From: a cyanobacterium endosymbiont of Epithemia turgida isolate EtSB Lake Yunoko
GTDB lineage: Bacteria > Cyanobacteriota > Cyanobacteriia > Cyanobacteriales > Microcystaceae
Assembly (NCBI RefSeq): GCF_000829235.1
Contig: NZ_AP012549.1
Coordinates: 1,410,001 to 1,442,000 of the forward strand
DNA length: 32,000 nucleotides
Reading direction: 5' to 3'
Below, piece by piece: positions 9,987 to 20,493 of this stretch (within the stretch, counting starts at the first letter, position 1; every line of letters begins with the position of its first letter). The notes under the pieces were generated by a model, which worked only from the letters and a program-made list of their open reading frames with translations, was not told the DNA's origin and ran no database searches. The position numbers and the translations under genes are program-made.

Positions 9987-10016
9987 AGAGTGAGCAATGC
10001 TCACTCTATTTTTTTG
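9987..10016 (+). terminator. Rho-independent terminator (9-bp GC-containing stem, 3-nt loop, T7 tail)
   Basis: agagtgagc-aat-gctcactct followed by a-ttttttt-g. It lies about 300 nt after the last plausible plus-strand ORF. Confidence 0.75.
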
Positions 10017-10697
10017 TTGAAAGATACTTGACAGAAGAAAAATATGACGATTTCAGACTATCATTATGACTTAATGATAGTTTCAGAATTTAATAACTAC
10101 TAATTTATCATAGCAAACAGAAAGGTTATTGAAATTATTTAGGTATGGTTACAAACGTTTTAATTAGTTAGCTATGGAACAAGTTCAAAATGAGTAAAAA
10201 GCGGGGAAATGATACCCTGATTGAAATTATAAAAAAACGAAACTTAATTTAATTGTATTTACCCCTGTATGGTAAGTTGGTTATCTATGATAATTCTAGG
10301 AATAAATCTCGATTAATAGCTGAATATCCATTTTAACAACCAGCAATTATTTGCCAATTTCCTATCTGACAACAAATAATAAGAGAAAATTATGGTTAAA
10401 CAACAATTATAAAAATAATCTGACTAAATCGATACCAATGTAAAATAAGGAATTTCAGAAGCCGTTGTAGAAACACTGAAAAATTAGTAGAATTTATTAA
10501 CCTTCTCAAAAACATCAAATCTCTTTCCATTAACTGACGAACAAATTACACCACTACAAGAAATAGAAGATAACTAAATTTTCTTGATTCCCCACGCCTT
10601 TCATATTCCTGTAAACGACAATAAAAGTCGAGTAAATCAAGAAAAATATTTAAGGATCGACAACCATTTACTCCTAATAATCACTCAACCTATATTC

Positions 10698-11846
10698 TTA
10701 GTTTTGATTATCGCGTATTAATCTAACAAACTTTTCGAATAAATAATCTGCATCGTGGGGTCCAGGACTTGCTTCAGGATGGTATTGAACCGAAAAAAGG
10801 GATAAACTTTTATGCGATAAACCTGCTACAGTTTGATCATTCAAATTAAGATGAGTAACTTCTATATTAGCATCTAAGGACTTTGCTCTCACGGCAAAAC
10901 CATGATTTTGACTTGTAATTTCTACCTGTTGATTTAATCCACAAGGTTGATTTAATCCCCGATGACCAAACTTTAATTTAAAGGTTTTTGCTCCTAAAGA
11001 TAATCCTAAAATTTGGTGTCCCATACAAATTCCAAAAATAGGTTTTCCCGCTTTAATTAATGCTTTGGTAACTTCGATCCCTTCTTCAACTGCTGAGGGA
11101 TCACCAGGTCCATTAGACAAGAAAATTCCGTCGGGATTATACTTTAAAATCTCTTCAGGGGACATATTGGCTGGAACTACAATAACCCGACAACCATAAC
11201 TAGTTAAACGACGGAGAATATTTCGTTTGATCCCAAAATCAATAGCTACTACCGTTAAAGTATTTCTTGAAACTTCTTTATTCCTCAGACGAAACTCCCA
11301 AATAGGATCGGTCGCAATAGACCACTCATAGACCTCTTTGGTGGTTACTTCCCTGACTAAATTTAAACCAGCCATCTTGGGAGTTAATTGAGCTTGACGT
11401 AGTAATTCTGTTGGTTCGAGAATTTCTGTGGAAATTGCTCCATTAATTGTCCCTAATGAACGTATTTTACGAGTTAAGGCACGGGTATCGATGCCATAAA
11501 TTCCAATAATTTTGTGGCGATTTAAATAATCAGGGAGAGATTCAGTAGATCGCCAGTTACTCGGACGATAGGTTATATTGCGCGCAATAACCCCTTTAAC
11601 CTGTGGACAAGAGGATTCCTCATCATCAGAGTTAGTTCCCGTATTCCCCAACTCAGGGTAAGTAAAGGTGACAATTTGACCACAGTAACTCGGATCGGTC
11701 AAAACCTCTTGATAGCCAGTCATTCCTGTATTAAAAACTACCTCTCCTAAAGTAGTTCCCCTTGCGCCAAATGACCATCCCTCAAAAGAAGTTCCGTCTA
11801 CTAACATCAATAGGGCTGGTGTCGTCTTTGCTATTGCCATAATCAT
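10698..11846 (-). CDS. carA: Carbamoyl-phosphate synthase small (glutamine amidotransferase) subunit
   Basis: Full-length CarA signature: '[21 protein letters not shown]', the GATase triad region 'GICMGHQ', and '[12 protein letters not shown]'. The ATG at 11840 is an alternative start. Confidence 0.97.
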   Translation of the reverse strand: MIMAIAKTTPALLMLVDGTSFEGWSFGARGTTLGEVVFNTGMTGYQEVLTDPSYCGQIVTFTYPELGNTGTNSDDEESSCPQVKGVIARNITYRPSNWRSTESLPDYLNRHKIIGIYGIDTRALTRKIRSLGTINGAISTEILEPTELLRQAQLTPKMAGLNLVREVTTKEVYEWSIATDPIWEFRLRNKEVSRNTLTVVAIDFGIKRNILRRLTSYGCRVIVVPANMSPEEILKYNPDGIFLSNGPGDPSAVEEGIEVTKALIKAGKPIFGICMGHQILGLSLGAKTFKLKFGHRGLNQPCGLNQQVEITSQNHGFAVRAKSLDANIEVTHLNLNDQTVAGLSHKSLSLFSVQYHPEASPGPHDADYLFEKFVRLIRDNQN

Positions 11847-12041
11847 TAAATTTTTGATACTGAAAATAGGTGAAACCCAACGGTGAGCGATAAACTGGAT
11901 TAGGTAATCTATGTGAAAATACCTAATTATCTAGTCATCTGTTGAGACACGTCCATCCCTAGGATACAACCGATGATCTTACCAGATATGATTCGGCATG
12001 TTAGGGTGAAGTCAAACTGCCAAAAAGGTAGCTAGAATCCT

Positions 12042-12938
12042 ATGAGTCCCAAGAAACTGAACGACGACGATAAGCAAGAAATTCTTAAGCTTTATCGCCA
12101 AACACCAGAAACTACATCTACTTTAGCTGATCGTTACGGGGTCAGTAGCTCTACTATTAGCCGTTTTCTCAAAAGTTATTTGTCAGAGTCAGAGTATGAA
12201 GAATTAATTCAACAAAAACGTTTAGCACGGACGGCTAAGTCTGAGTTGCCATCTACACAAACTTATACTAAACCTGTGTTGGTGATATCAGAGAGTCAAT
12301 CAGAGTATCCAAGCCCAAATATTGAGGGTGAACTTGTGCTGGTGACCTCAAAGCGTCAATTAGAGTTATCTTCAATAGAGACTAGTACTAAACAGCCCCT
12401 TATCCTAGCAAAGTATCAGGCATCAAAATATGCTCAACATTTAGACAAAAATAACGAAGAAGACGATCTTGAAGTGGTCGATGTTATTGCTCTTGGCGAA
12501 ATGATTGGGGAAGATTTATCAGATGGAATTGATGATGATGAAGACTTAGAGGATGAAGATTGGGATGAGGGAGAAGAAGAAAATTATGATCAGTCTTTAG
12601 CTCAAGATGGTGATGTTAAAGTCTTACCTTTATCATCTGCTATTTTTCCTAAAACCTGTTATTTAGTGATTGATCGCTCGGCTGAATTAATTGCGCGTCC
12701 TCTTAAAGAATTCGCTCATTTAGGTCAAATTCCAACCGAAGAAGTGCAACAAAAAACTTTACCAGTATTTGATAATCATCAAGGAGCGCGTCGCTTTTCC
12801 AATCGCTTCCAACGAGTGATTAAGGTTCCTGATGGTCGTCTTTTGTACAAGAGTTGTCCCCATTTATACGCTAAAGGAATTACTCGTTTGTTGATGGACG
12901 GACAAATTTATTCTATAGAATCTAAATATGACAATTAA
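12042..12938 (+). CDS. Conserved hypothetical protein: N-terminal HTH, poly-acidic linker, C-terminal domain
   Basis: HTH-like 'TSTLADRYGVSSSTISRFLK'; acidic run 'DDDEDLEDEDWDEGEEE'; a basic, conserved-looking C-terminus. Confidence 0.75.
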   Translation: MSPKKLNDDDKQEILKLYRQTPETTSTLADRYGVSSSTISRFLKSYLSESEYEELIQQKRLARTAKSELPSTQTYTKPVLVISESQSEYPSPNIEGELVLVTSKRQLELSSIETSTKQPLILAKYQASKYAQHLDKNNEEDDLEVVDVIALGEMIGEDLSDGIDDDEDLEDEDWDEGEEENYDQSLAQDGDVKVLPLSSAIFPKTCYLVIDRSAELIARPLKEFAHLGQIPTEEVQQKTLPVFDNHQGARRFSNRFQRVIKVPDGRLLYKSCPHLYAKGITRLLMDGQIYSIESKYDN

Positions 12939-13327
12939 GCCAATATTAATGTTTATAAATCAATTTATTATTTTAATTCTTTTAGCTAAAGAAATATTCT
13001 GATTGTAGTCATTTTATCTACTAGTTTCAAAACTAGTGGTTATGTTTGACTGTAGAATTAACTAGTAAAATGTCAGCTTAAAAAAATTAGTAGTTGATAA
13101 TTGGCAAAGTTTATGAATCCAGAAGCTATCCATTAAATTAACTTAAATTTATTATCAATCCCATCTACTATTCTTTTAATTGTTCCCAGGTGAGAATAGA
13201 CAGTAATTTACCAAATTTAATACCTGATGATCCACAAATTTTTGGATAGAATAAATAACTTTTTTTATGGTCCCAATTAGCTAATTGTAATAATCCTATT
13301 CCTCAGTTTTATTTTTCTCTTAATTAG

Positions 13328-13348
13328 AGTGCTATTAAAAATAGCACT
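13328..13348. repeat. 9-bp perfect hairpin (agtgctatt-aaa-aatagcact) inside a 1.7-kb spacer
   Basis: The arms are exact reverse complements, followed by ggtgattttatt. It is terminator-like but has no nearby ORF. Confidence 0.5.
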
Positions 13349-14684
13349 GGTGATTTTATTACACACTTGATTTAATTCTGCTTTTTATTTTTAACTAGTA
13401 TTTTAAAGCTGTTTAGCTTCTTATTTAGGTTTCAGTATTTATTGTTTTATTTACAATTATCAAACTAAATATTTTATAAATATTTCTATTTATTATTTAC
13501 GTAACTTATTTTTTAAAATTTAAGTAATAAACTATAGAATATTTATTTTATGAATATATTTTTATCTGTAAGAACTCATCATTTGACAAAGCTGTTTATC
13601 TTAAAATAGATGGCTTTATATATAAATTTTGTTTTATAGTTTATTTATTTTTCTGATAAAGCTTCTTAGTAACTGGATGAGAATAGATACAAGTAATAGA
13701 TTGATTTATTGAAAAATAGATTGATCTATTATTTTCAAATTTAAAATACTATTTATTATAATTATTTAATATTGCCCATTTATTTTACCTTAAAAACCTA
13801 GATCTCGCCCTGGTTTAACTAAATAAAATATCCAAGGTAACAAGGGTAAAAAAGAGCGACTTACCGTCTAGTTTTAATTCTATAGACTCGACCAATCGAT
13901 GAAAATAGCTATCGACTTTAAATAACAAATACTCTTTTTTTATAAATTACAAACAACCATTTTTTTTCAAAAACGGGGATTGAAAAAGTACTAATACTGC
14001 CGGAGTGTAGGCAATTTCAATATAATTCTTTACCCTAAACCCTATTTTTGTACTGTGTATCCCCAGAATCAAGAGATAAATCTTACTTCCATGCTTATTA
14101 TAACAACTAACTTATTACCTCAAATAGAATTACTAATAACTTCAGTTCTCTTTTCTACTGCTGAGACAATAATGATTCCTTCAGTTAAAGCGACTATAAT
14201 CTTTAAAATCGTCTGTTTTGTTAGTTTTTTTTGGGGTTATAACTTGAAAAATTAAAGAGAATAAGATAGAGATTGGAGCAAAGTGACAAGCTAAGACAAT
14301 ACCTGCTTAAATATGTTTAATAAGAGATGAAAACGGATATTTAGGAGAAGTTACACTAGGTAGTAATCAGCACCCTAGATGTTATGATGATTCTAGAAAC
14401 GGCAAAAAAATAAGTTAGGTTCAACTTTCGATGTTTTGGCAGTATTGTATGGACAAGCAGGTAAAGATGTCCGTTATAAAAATCGCAAAAACATCAACAG
14501 TTAACATTAAGCCGATTTCCCAATTTAGAAGATGATTATATGGGAAAATTTTATAAACCCAAGTGGGAAACAATTCTAACTAAAGGTAAGTTTTGGTTTT
14601 GTGAGATTTTCATGGGATAATGATTTAGTCTGTTACCCCATACAACTTTTAACAGCTTACTGTTGATATCTGAACGTAAAGCCA

Positions 14685-15074
14685 ATGACCACTCAGTTAC
14701 CTCCTCTCAACACCGATACCATATGGGCAATTCTTAATGAAGAAATCGATGACGCAATCGTTAACCAGTTAGTTTGGTACTATCTAGGCTATCGTTATGA
14801 TCAATCTCGTCAAATTTGGGATAATACTCAAGTTGCTGAAGACTGGCAAAAAGATTATCCAGATCCCCCAGATTTTGTTGAAAATCGACCTCCTATTGTT
14901 AGGCTGACTCGTTCTATTCCTAAAGAAAATAAACAATTACTTAAAAAAAAGTTAGGATTTAAAGGCTATAAAATTGGCGAATTTGGACCTAAACAAACCC
15001 GCCGTGCTACTATGGCAAACTGGTTGCTGAGTTATTTAACAAGTCAAACCTGCAGTGAACAGGTATTAGAATAA
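14685..15074 (+). CDS. DUF1823-family protein (cyanobacteria/plastid lineage)
   Basis: 'LVWYYLGYRYD...YPDPPDF...RLTRSIPKENKQLLKKKLGFKGYKIGEFGPKQTRRATMANWLLSY' matches my recollection of DUF1823. Confidence 0.7.
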   Translation: MTTQLPPLNTDTIWAILNEEIDDAIVNQLVWYYLGYRYDQSRQIWDNTQVAEDWQKDYPDPPDFVENRPPIVRLTRSIPKENKQLLKKKLGFKGYKIGEFGPKQTRRATMANWLLSYLTSQTCSEQVLE

Positions 15075-15101
15075 CTCTCTATATGTTATTTTTACTATTT
15101 C

Positions 15102-15890
15102 CTAGGGAACTTGCCAGATTTTCTCATGACCACTATCATCTCCATCAAAATTTATATGATGATAGTGGTCATGAGAATGATTGTGTGCGACGGGAGTGAT
15201 TCGGAATTTACACATCTGAGTCTGTCTTAGTTGACTTTTAAATTCCCGTTGGCGAATTATAAAAAATAATTCCGGAGCCAATCCAATTCCGGGAAAATCA
15301 AGAATCTCAATATCGGAATACTGTTCTTGTAGTTGAGCACAAATATCAAAAATTTTCTTAACCAATGTCCCTTTAAACAGAAAATGAGGAATTACTATGA
15401 TGTGTTTAGGATGATAGAGTCTTGCTCGTTCACACCCTTGTTCTACACGGGTATGAGTAATCCCAATAAAACAGGTTTAAACTGAGCGATAATGACTTTA
15501 TTCCCATAATAAACGGGAAAATTTACACATATTACTATTAGCATTAGGATTACTCGAACCTCTACCAACAATAAGTAATACAGTGCCTTCGTGGGCAATA
15601 GTCTTTCTATCAATTTTAGCTAAGCGTGAGCGCCATAGATCTAACAGCAGGGGAGTATGACCAAAATGTCGGACATAGTGAAATCTTAAAAAGGGGTAAC
15701 GTTTGATGAGTGTTCGTTGTCATAACCACTTTCTTTTAATCTTATCAAAGGTAGCCGATTTTTATCCCCTTTGATTGACTAGTAATTAAGAGTCTAGTTA
15801 TATTAATAATGAACACATCTTGAAAATTAAAGTTGTGGGATTGGATGGGAAAATACTTGTGTCGTTAGTCACGATTAAAACTCTTAAATG
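15102..15890 (-). pseudogene. cbiX: Decayed sirohydrochlorin cobaltochelatase (cbiX-like) gene
   Basis: One minus-strand frame reads '...[116 protein letters not shown]...HNHSHDHYHH'. In-frame stops fall at 15498-15500, 15477-15479 and 15720-15722. Upstream of 15720 only faint remnants remain (e.g. 'RVLIVTNDTS' where 'LLVGHGSR' is expected). The 5' boundary is approximate. Confidence 0.65.
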
Positions 15891-16458
15891 GAATTTTCTC
15901 CTTTTTCTTTTTTAGTCAGAAGTGTTCAATATTTGGGTTAAGTTTCGGAGAAAATGTTCCTAAAAGTTACATATTCAGAGTTAAACCTCAATATAAGCTT
16001 TCTAAAAACATAAAGCTATCGCTAGAAATAAAAAGTAGAAATTTAATGAAATAGAAGATATTTTAGTTTCTTTACTTAGTGTTGATTTATTAAATTCTAA
16101 TATTCATAATTAAATAATTGATATTAAAATATAATCTCATAATAGTTTGATAGCGCGGACTGTTTTTTTCCAATACAAATTGATAAGCCTGTTAATTAAT
16201 TTAATTAAGTAATGAAGTTAAATGAAATATTAACCTTATAGGTAAAACTTCAAGGATTGATGATACAGGTTTATAAAAAGACTCATAATAATGTCTACTT
16301 AAGTAGATTGATTTGCTATTTTGATTACAGTGTACAAATATCGAGTTTTACAGGTTAAATTTAAGTGTTAATCCTGGAATATTTTACGCTCTATTTCATT
16401 TAATTGATAACATGATTTAAATCTAAAATAGCATCAAGCAAATGACATCAACTTTACG

Positions 16459-17268
16459 TCACTTTAGATTTAAAAATTTATCTAAAGCTGTTATCATACG
16501 CGGCGGCCAACGACGAACTTTTATTACCCAATTTAAGTCTTGATAACGGTTATCCATTCCTACTGTTGCCACCCAATTACTCTCCGCTTCCCCTTGCTTT
16601 CCTAACTCCCATAAAATAGCTGTCAATGCTGCTCGCGTATCGGGAAACATAGGATACTTTCGTACAATATTTTTCATTTGTTTTAAGGCTTCTTTCGTGT
16701 TTTCCAATTGATACAATGCTAAAGTAACATTGGCTTTAGCAAAGGTAAAATCAGGATCAATTTTGACAGCTGTCTGGTAGTCTTTTAATGCTTGTTCCCA
16801 GTTGCCTAAACCTCCTTGGGCATTCCCTCTATTATTGTAAGCCATAGCATCATTGGGAGTAATTTCTAAGACTCGATTATAGTTTATAATTGCCTCTTGA
16901 TATTTTCCTTGTCCTTCTAAGGCTGTCCCTCGATTAAGATAAAGAGCGGGCTCATTAGGAGTCAATTCAACAGCCTTATTAAAGTCTGCAATTGCTTTAT
17001 CTAATTGATTCTGACTAACACGGATATTTCCCCTATTACTCCATACTGCTGAATTCCTAGGAAATTTTTCAATTAATTGAGTCCAATAGGCTTCGGCTTG
17101 TATAAAATCTTCTTTTTTAGTTGCTTCAAAAGCTTTTTTAGTGATTCCCTCCCCCCATTCTAATTGCTCTTGAGTAATTAGAATGGGGGTTTCTTGGGCC
17201 AAAATTGCGGGAACAGTCCCAAACCAAAGTAAGAGCATCCCTAACAGACTTAGTATTGTGCGGATCAT
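16459..17268 (-). CDS. TPR-repeat protein with N-terminal signal/anchor
   Basis: Hydrophobic N-terminus 'ILSLLGMLLLWFGTVPAILA'. There are at least five TPR units (AxxxYxxAI/ALxxxPN pattern, e.g. 'AIADFNKAVELTPNEPALYLNRG'). Confidence 0.85.
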   Translation of the reverse strand: MIRTILSLLGMLLLWFGTVPAILAQETPILITQEQLEWGEGITKKAFEATKKEDFIQAEAYWTQLIEKFPRNSAVWSNRGNIRVSQNQLDKAIADFNKAVELTPNEPALYLNRGTALEGQGKYQEAIINYNRVLEITPNDAMAYNNRGNAQGGLGNWEQALKDYQTAVKIDPDFTFAKANVTLALYQLENTKEALKQMKNIVRKYPMFPDTRAALTAILWELGKQGEAESNWVATVGMDNRYQDLNWVIKVRRWPPRMITALDKFLNLK

Positions 17269-17300
17269 TGGAGGTTTATATTGATAGTGTTTTTTACCTA

Positions 17301-17834
17301 TTATGACTGTTCCATTTTTTTCAAATAGTCTTCATAGCCTAGCTGTTTGAGTTCTTCTTGCTTATCGATAACCATTTGTGTCAAATTTTGTCGATATTCT
17401 TGGATTTGTTTTAGTAGTTTAGAATCATGAGATGCTAGAATTTGAACTGCCAGTAGTCCAGCATTTTCGGCGTTTCCAATAGCAACAGTCGCAACAGGAA
17501 TACCTCTAGGCATTTGCACAATGGAATAAAGAGAATCTACCCCCTGTAAATAATTGGTCACTATAGGAACGCCAATAACAGGGAGGGGAGTTAAAGAAGC
17601 TACCATTCCTGGTAAGTGGGCTGCTCCTCCTGCTCCTGCAATGATCACTTGTATTCCCTGTTTATGCGCAGTCTGGGCATAGTCTACCATTACTTTTGGT
17701 GTACGATGAGCAGACACAATCGTAACCTCACAAGAAACGGCAAAGTCTTGACAAACGATGATCGCACTTTTCATGGTTGGTAAATCGGAATCACTTCCCA
17801 TAATTATGCCTACACGCGAAGAAGAGTTGGTCAT
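17301..17834 (-). CDS. purE: 5-(carboxyamino)imidazole ribonucleotide mutase (class I PurE)
   Basis: '[14 protein letters not shown]', 'SAHRTP', '[12 protein letters not shown]...PVIGVP'. The TPR gene follows 32 nt downstream on the same strand. Confidence 0.95.
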   Translation of the reverse strand: MTNSSSRVGIIMGSDSDLPTMKSAIIVCQDFAVSCEVTIVSAHRTPKVMVDYAQTAHKQGIQVIIAGAGGAAHLPGMVASLTPLPVIGVPIVTNYLQGVDSLYSIVQMPRGIPVATVAIGNAENAGLLAVQILASHDSKLLKQIQEYRQNLTQMVIDKQEELKQLGYEDYLKKMEQS

Positions 17835-18002
17835 GATAGTTTATCAGGTATACTTCGACAGAGTTATTCTAACAATGAAAAGCTATCTAGATATGGAAAC
17901 TCGGTAATAATGGACCTATTGATTAAGCTAAGTTTTTTGGTGGAGTTATGATTCTAGTCCATTCATAAAATCTAATAAAAAAAAGTAATTTAGAACAAAA
18001 CA

Positions 18003-19169
18003 ATGCTAAAAAATATTAGAATCATTAATGCTAAAATATCTGGTTATGAAGAAAGTCAACAAGTTTCTATTAATTCCCAAGGTATTATCCAAAACATCTC
18101 ATCAATGAGAACAGGGTTTAAATCTATCCAAAATGAAACGATTTTAGATTTAAAAGAAGATGATTTATCATTAGGCGGCATAGACTTACAAATTAATGGA
18201 GGACTAGGATTACCCTTTCCTGAAATCAAAGAAAAAGATTTGCCTATGTTACAAAAAATTTGTGATTTTTTATGGCAAGAAGGAATTGATGGATTCTGTC
18301 CCACAATTGTCACAACATCAGTTAAAAATATCCAAAGATCTCTTTCTGTAATTGATAAATTTATAAGCCAACAAGTTATAAAACCTGAAGAGACAGCAAA
18401 AATATTAGGGGTCCACTTAGAAGGACCCTTTTTAAACCCTAAAAAAAAAGGAGCACACCCTGAACAATATCTATTAATACCTAGTGTGGAAGCAGCAAAA
18501 CTAATTTTGGGAGATTATGCTCATCGTGTCAAGATAATGACCTTAGCTCCTGAATTGGACTCAACTGATAAAGTAATTCCTTATTTAAAATGCCAAGGAA
18601 TTATTGTTAGTTTAGGACATTCTCAAGCTACAGACAAAGAAGCTAAAAAAGCTTTCGAATTAGGCGCATCAATGGTAACACATGCTTACAATGCTATGCC
18701 ACCTTTACACCATCGTAACTCAGGCTTATTAGGAGAAGCGATAATTAATAAAAATGTTTATTGCGGATTAATTGCTGATGGTCGACACGTCTGTCCAACT
18801 ATGATAGAAATTCTACTGAAATCAAGTCATTATGAGCAGGGAGTTTTTCTAGTTAGTGACGCTCTATCTCCTATTGGTTTAGGAGATGGAATCTATCCTT
18901 GGGATGAGCGAAAAATTAAAGTTGAACAAGGAACTGCAAGTTTAACAAATGGAACATTATCAGGAACAACTTTACCCTTGTTTTCCGGATTAGAAAACTT
19001 AGTGAAATGGGGAATATGTGAAGTAGAAACTGCAATTTCTCTAGGAACAGAATCTCCTAGAAAAGCTATTAATTTACCTGGAATTTCTATAGGACAGCCA
19101 GCCCATCTATTGCGTTGGCATTGGGATGAAATAAGTCGTATTTTAAATTGGGAAAGATTAAACAAGTAA
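18003..19169 (+). CDS. nagA: N-acetylglucosamine-6-phosphate deacetylase
   Basis: 'GGIDLQINGGLG' (E. coli-type QxN metal site), 'HLEGPFLN', 'SLGHSQA', 'THAYNAM', 'IADGRHV', 'VSDA'. Confidence 0.9.
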   Translation: MLKNIRIINAKISGYEESQQVSINSQGIIQNISSMRTGFKSIQNETILDLKEDDLSLGGIDLQINGGLGLPFPEIKEKDLPMLQKICDFLWQEGIDGFCPTIVTTSVKNIQRSLSVIDKFISQQVIKPEETAKILGVHLEGPFLNPKKKGAHPEQYLLIPSVEAAKLILGDYAHRVKIMTLAPELDSTDKVIPYLKCQGIIVSLGHSQATDKEAKKAFELGASMVTHAYNAMPPLHHRNSGLLGEAIINKNVYCGLIADGRHVCPTMIEILLKSSHYEQGVFLVSDALSPIGLGDGIYPWDERKIKVEQGTASLTNGTLSGTTLPLFSGLENLVKWGICEVETAISLGTESPRKAINLPGISIGQPAHLLRWHWDEISRILNWERLNK

Positions 19170-19234
19170 TAATGAGAGGCTAAAGTCAATAGTGAAAGTT
19201 TCTCCTTCTTGTTTTCCGGTTTGTACGTCTTAAA

Positions 19235-19918
19235 CTAAATCCGTCGAAGCAAACTCAACCCATGGGTGTCAGTTCCACAGGTTTTGAATAACCCATGGAT
19301 TTTACTTAAAGCTAATACTTGTTCCGTTTGTTTTGGACTAGTCATCCAAGGTTTAGGATTACCATAGGCATAAAAAGCCTCCACTCCATCAATGCCTAAA
19401 TCAGCACAGACGCGAATAAGCTCACCTGCAGAACGATTATAACGAGCAGGATGGGCTAGGACAGCTAAACCACCAGCTTGATGAAAAGCGTTTATAACCT
19501 GATGAGCTGAAGCCCAAAGGTCTTTGGGATGAGTCCCTCGGAGATAAGGCTGCATCAAACTGTGTTGCGGATCAAAACCATAGCCTAAAATATGAACTTC
19601 AGTATCAAGTAGATTAGCAGTAATTTCAACCCCAGTCCAAAGATGAGGTAAAAGTTTGTGAGGATAGTGTTGGCGAGTTTCATTAATCCAGTTTTGCGCC
19701 ACTTGGTAACCATTGATAGAGTGGTGGTCAGTAATTGCCATCCCCCTAAGACCGAGAACCACTGCTTGTTCTATTAAAATCTGGGGTTTTAATTGTCCAT
19801 CAGAGTGAACAGTGTGCATGTGGAAGTTATAATCATAAGGGCAACTTTCTCGGTGCAGAGCCTGCCAAACCTTTTTAAGAGCCTCGGTATCTTGCGCTGA
19901 TGCTTGAACTGATAACAT
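19235..19918 (-). CDS. PHP-domain metal-dependent phosphoesterase (TrpH/YciV-like)
   Basis: 'FHMHTVHSDG', 'AITDHHS', 'LAHPARY', 'GTDTHG'. Confidence 0.85.
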   Translation of the reverse strand: MLSVQASAQDTEALKKVWQALHRESCPYDYNFHMHTVHSDGQLKPQILIEQAVVLGLRGMAITDHHSINGYQVAQNWINETRQHYPHKLLPHLWTGVEITANLLDTEVHILGYGFDPQHSLMQPYLRGTHPKDLWASAHQVINAFHQAGGLAVLAHPARYNRSAGELIRVCADLGIDGVEAFYAYGNPKPWMTSPKQTEQVLALSKIHGLFKTCGTDTHGLSLLRRI

Positions 19919-20084
19919 AAATACAACTATAGTCGGTGTTTTTACTGTAAAAATATTACAAATTGTTACATCTAGGATAACAACCCTTTGCTTAAAGAGT
20001 TAAAAACTAAGTGTGTAGTTTATTTAAACTGATAAGATTCCCAACTCAAGCCTATTTTCTAAATAAAATATTAAAAATCATCAA

Positions 20085-20493
20085 GTAGATATCACTAGAA
20101 AGAACACAATGTTCCAACTAGGTAAGATTACTAGGCAACATATGCTGCTAGTGTCATTAGTGCCAATACTATTGCGATCATTAAAAAATGATAGCTAAGT
20201 CATTGTTGCACTCCGATGTCACTTATCTTGGTGGCAATATGTACGTCATTCGTCGTTATACGGCTTTTATCCGTCGTGATATTGACTACTATCTCCGCTA
20301 CTTCACTTATGCAATGTTAGGTGGCGATTGTTTTATATTTGATGAGCTGCTTCTCAACGGGTTGAAAGAAACTTATAATTCTTTAGGTATGTCCATCGCT
20401 AGCACTATTCAAGCAATGAGATAAATTACTGCTGATTTAATTAATATTGAGGCTGGTGAAAAAATGAGTGTTTGTTTACCACATTTACTCTAA
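20085..20493 (+). pseudogene. apcB: Allophycocyanin beta-subunit (apcB-like) pseudogene
   Basis: ORF 20188..20424 reads '[68 protein letters not shown]'. This aligns with ApcB '[77 protein letters not shown]' (recalled). Similarity continues past the in-frame TAA at 20422 to the TAA at 20491. It also continues upstream in two other frames, from 20159 and from 20085. The 5' boundary is approximate. Confidence 0.8.

Noticed and set aside
10051-10087. 10-bp inverted repeat (actatcatta / taatgatagt) flanked by TTTCAGA on both sides, resembling a TSD-flanked mini-element
   Set aside because: There are only 5 nt between the arms, and the direct repeats overlap the arms. It is too small to call a MITE or an excision footprint without other copies.
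13975-13988. ggggattgaaaaag, reminiscent of the 3' end of cyanobacterial CRISPR repeats (..GGGATTGAAAC)
   Set aside because: It is a single occurrence with no repeat-spacer periodicity.
14055-14255. 66-aa hydrophobic ORF
   Set aside because: It has a GTG start in AT-rich spacer, no RBS, and a composition explained by T-rich DNA. It is kept only as a remote small-membrane-protein possibility.
18056-19189. ORFs 18056..18313 (-) and 18893..19189 (-)
   Set aside because: They are antisense shadows inside nagA.
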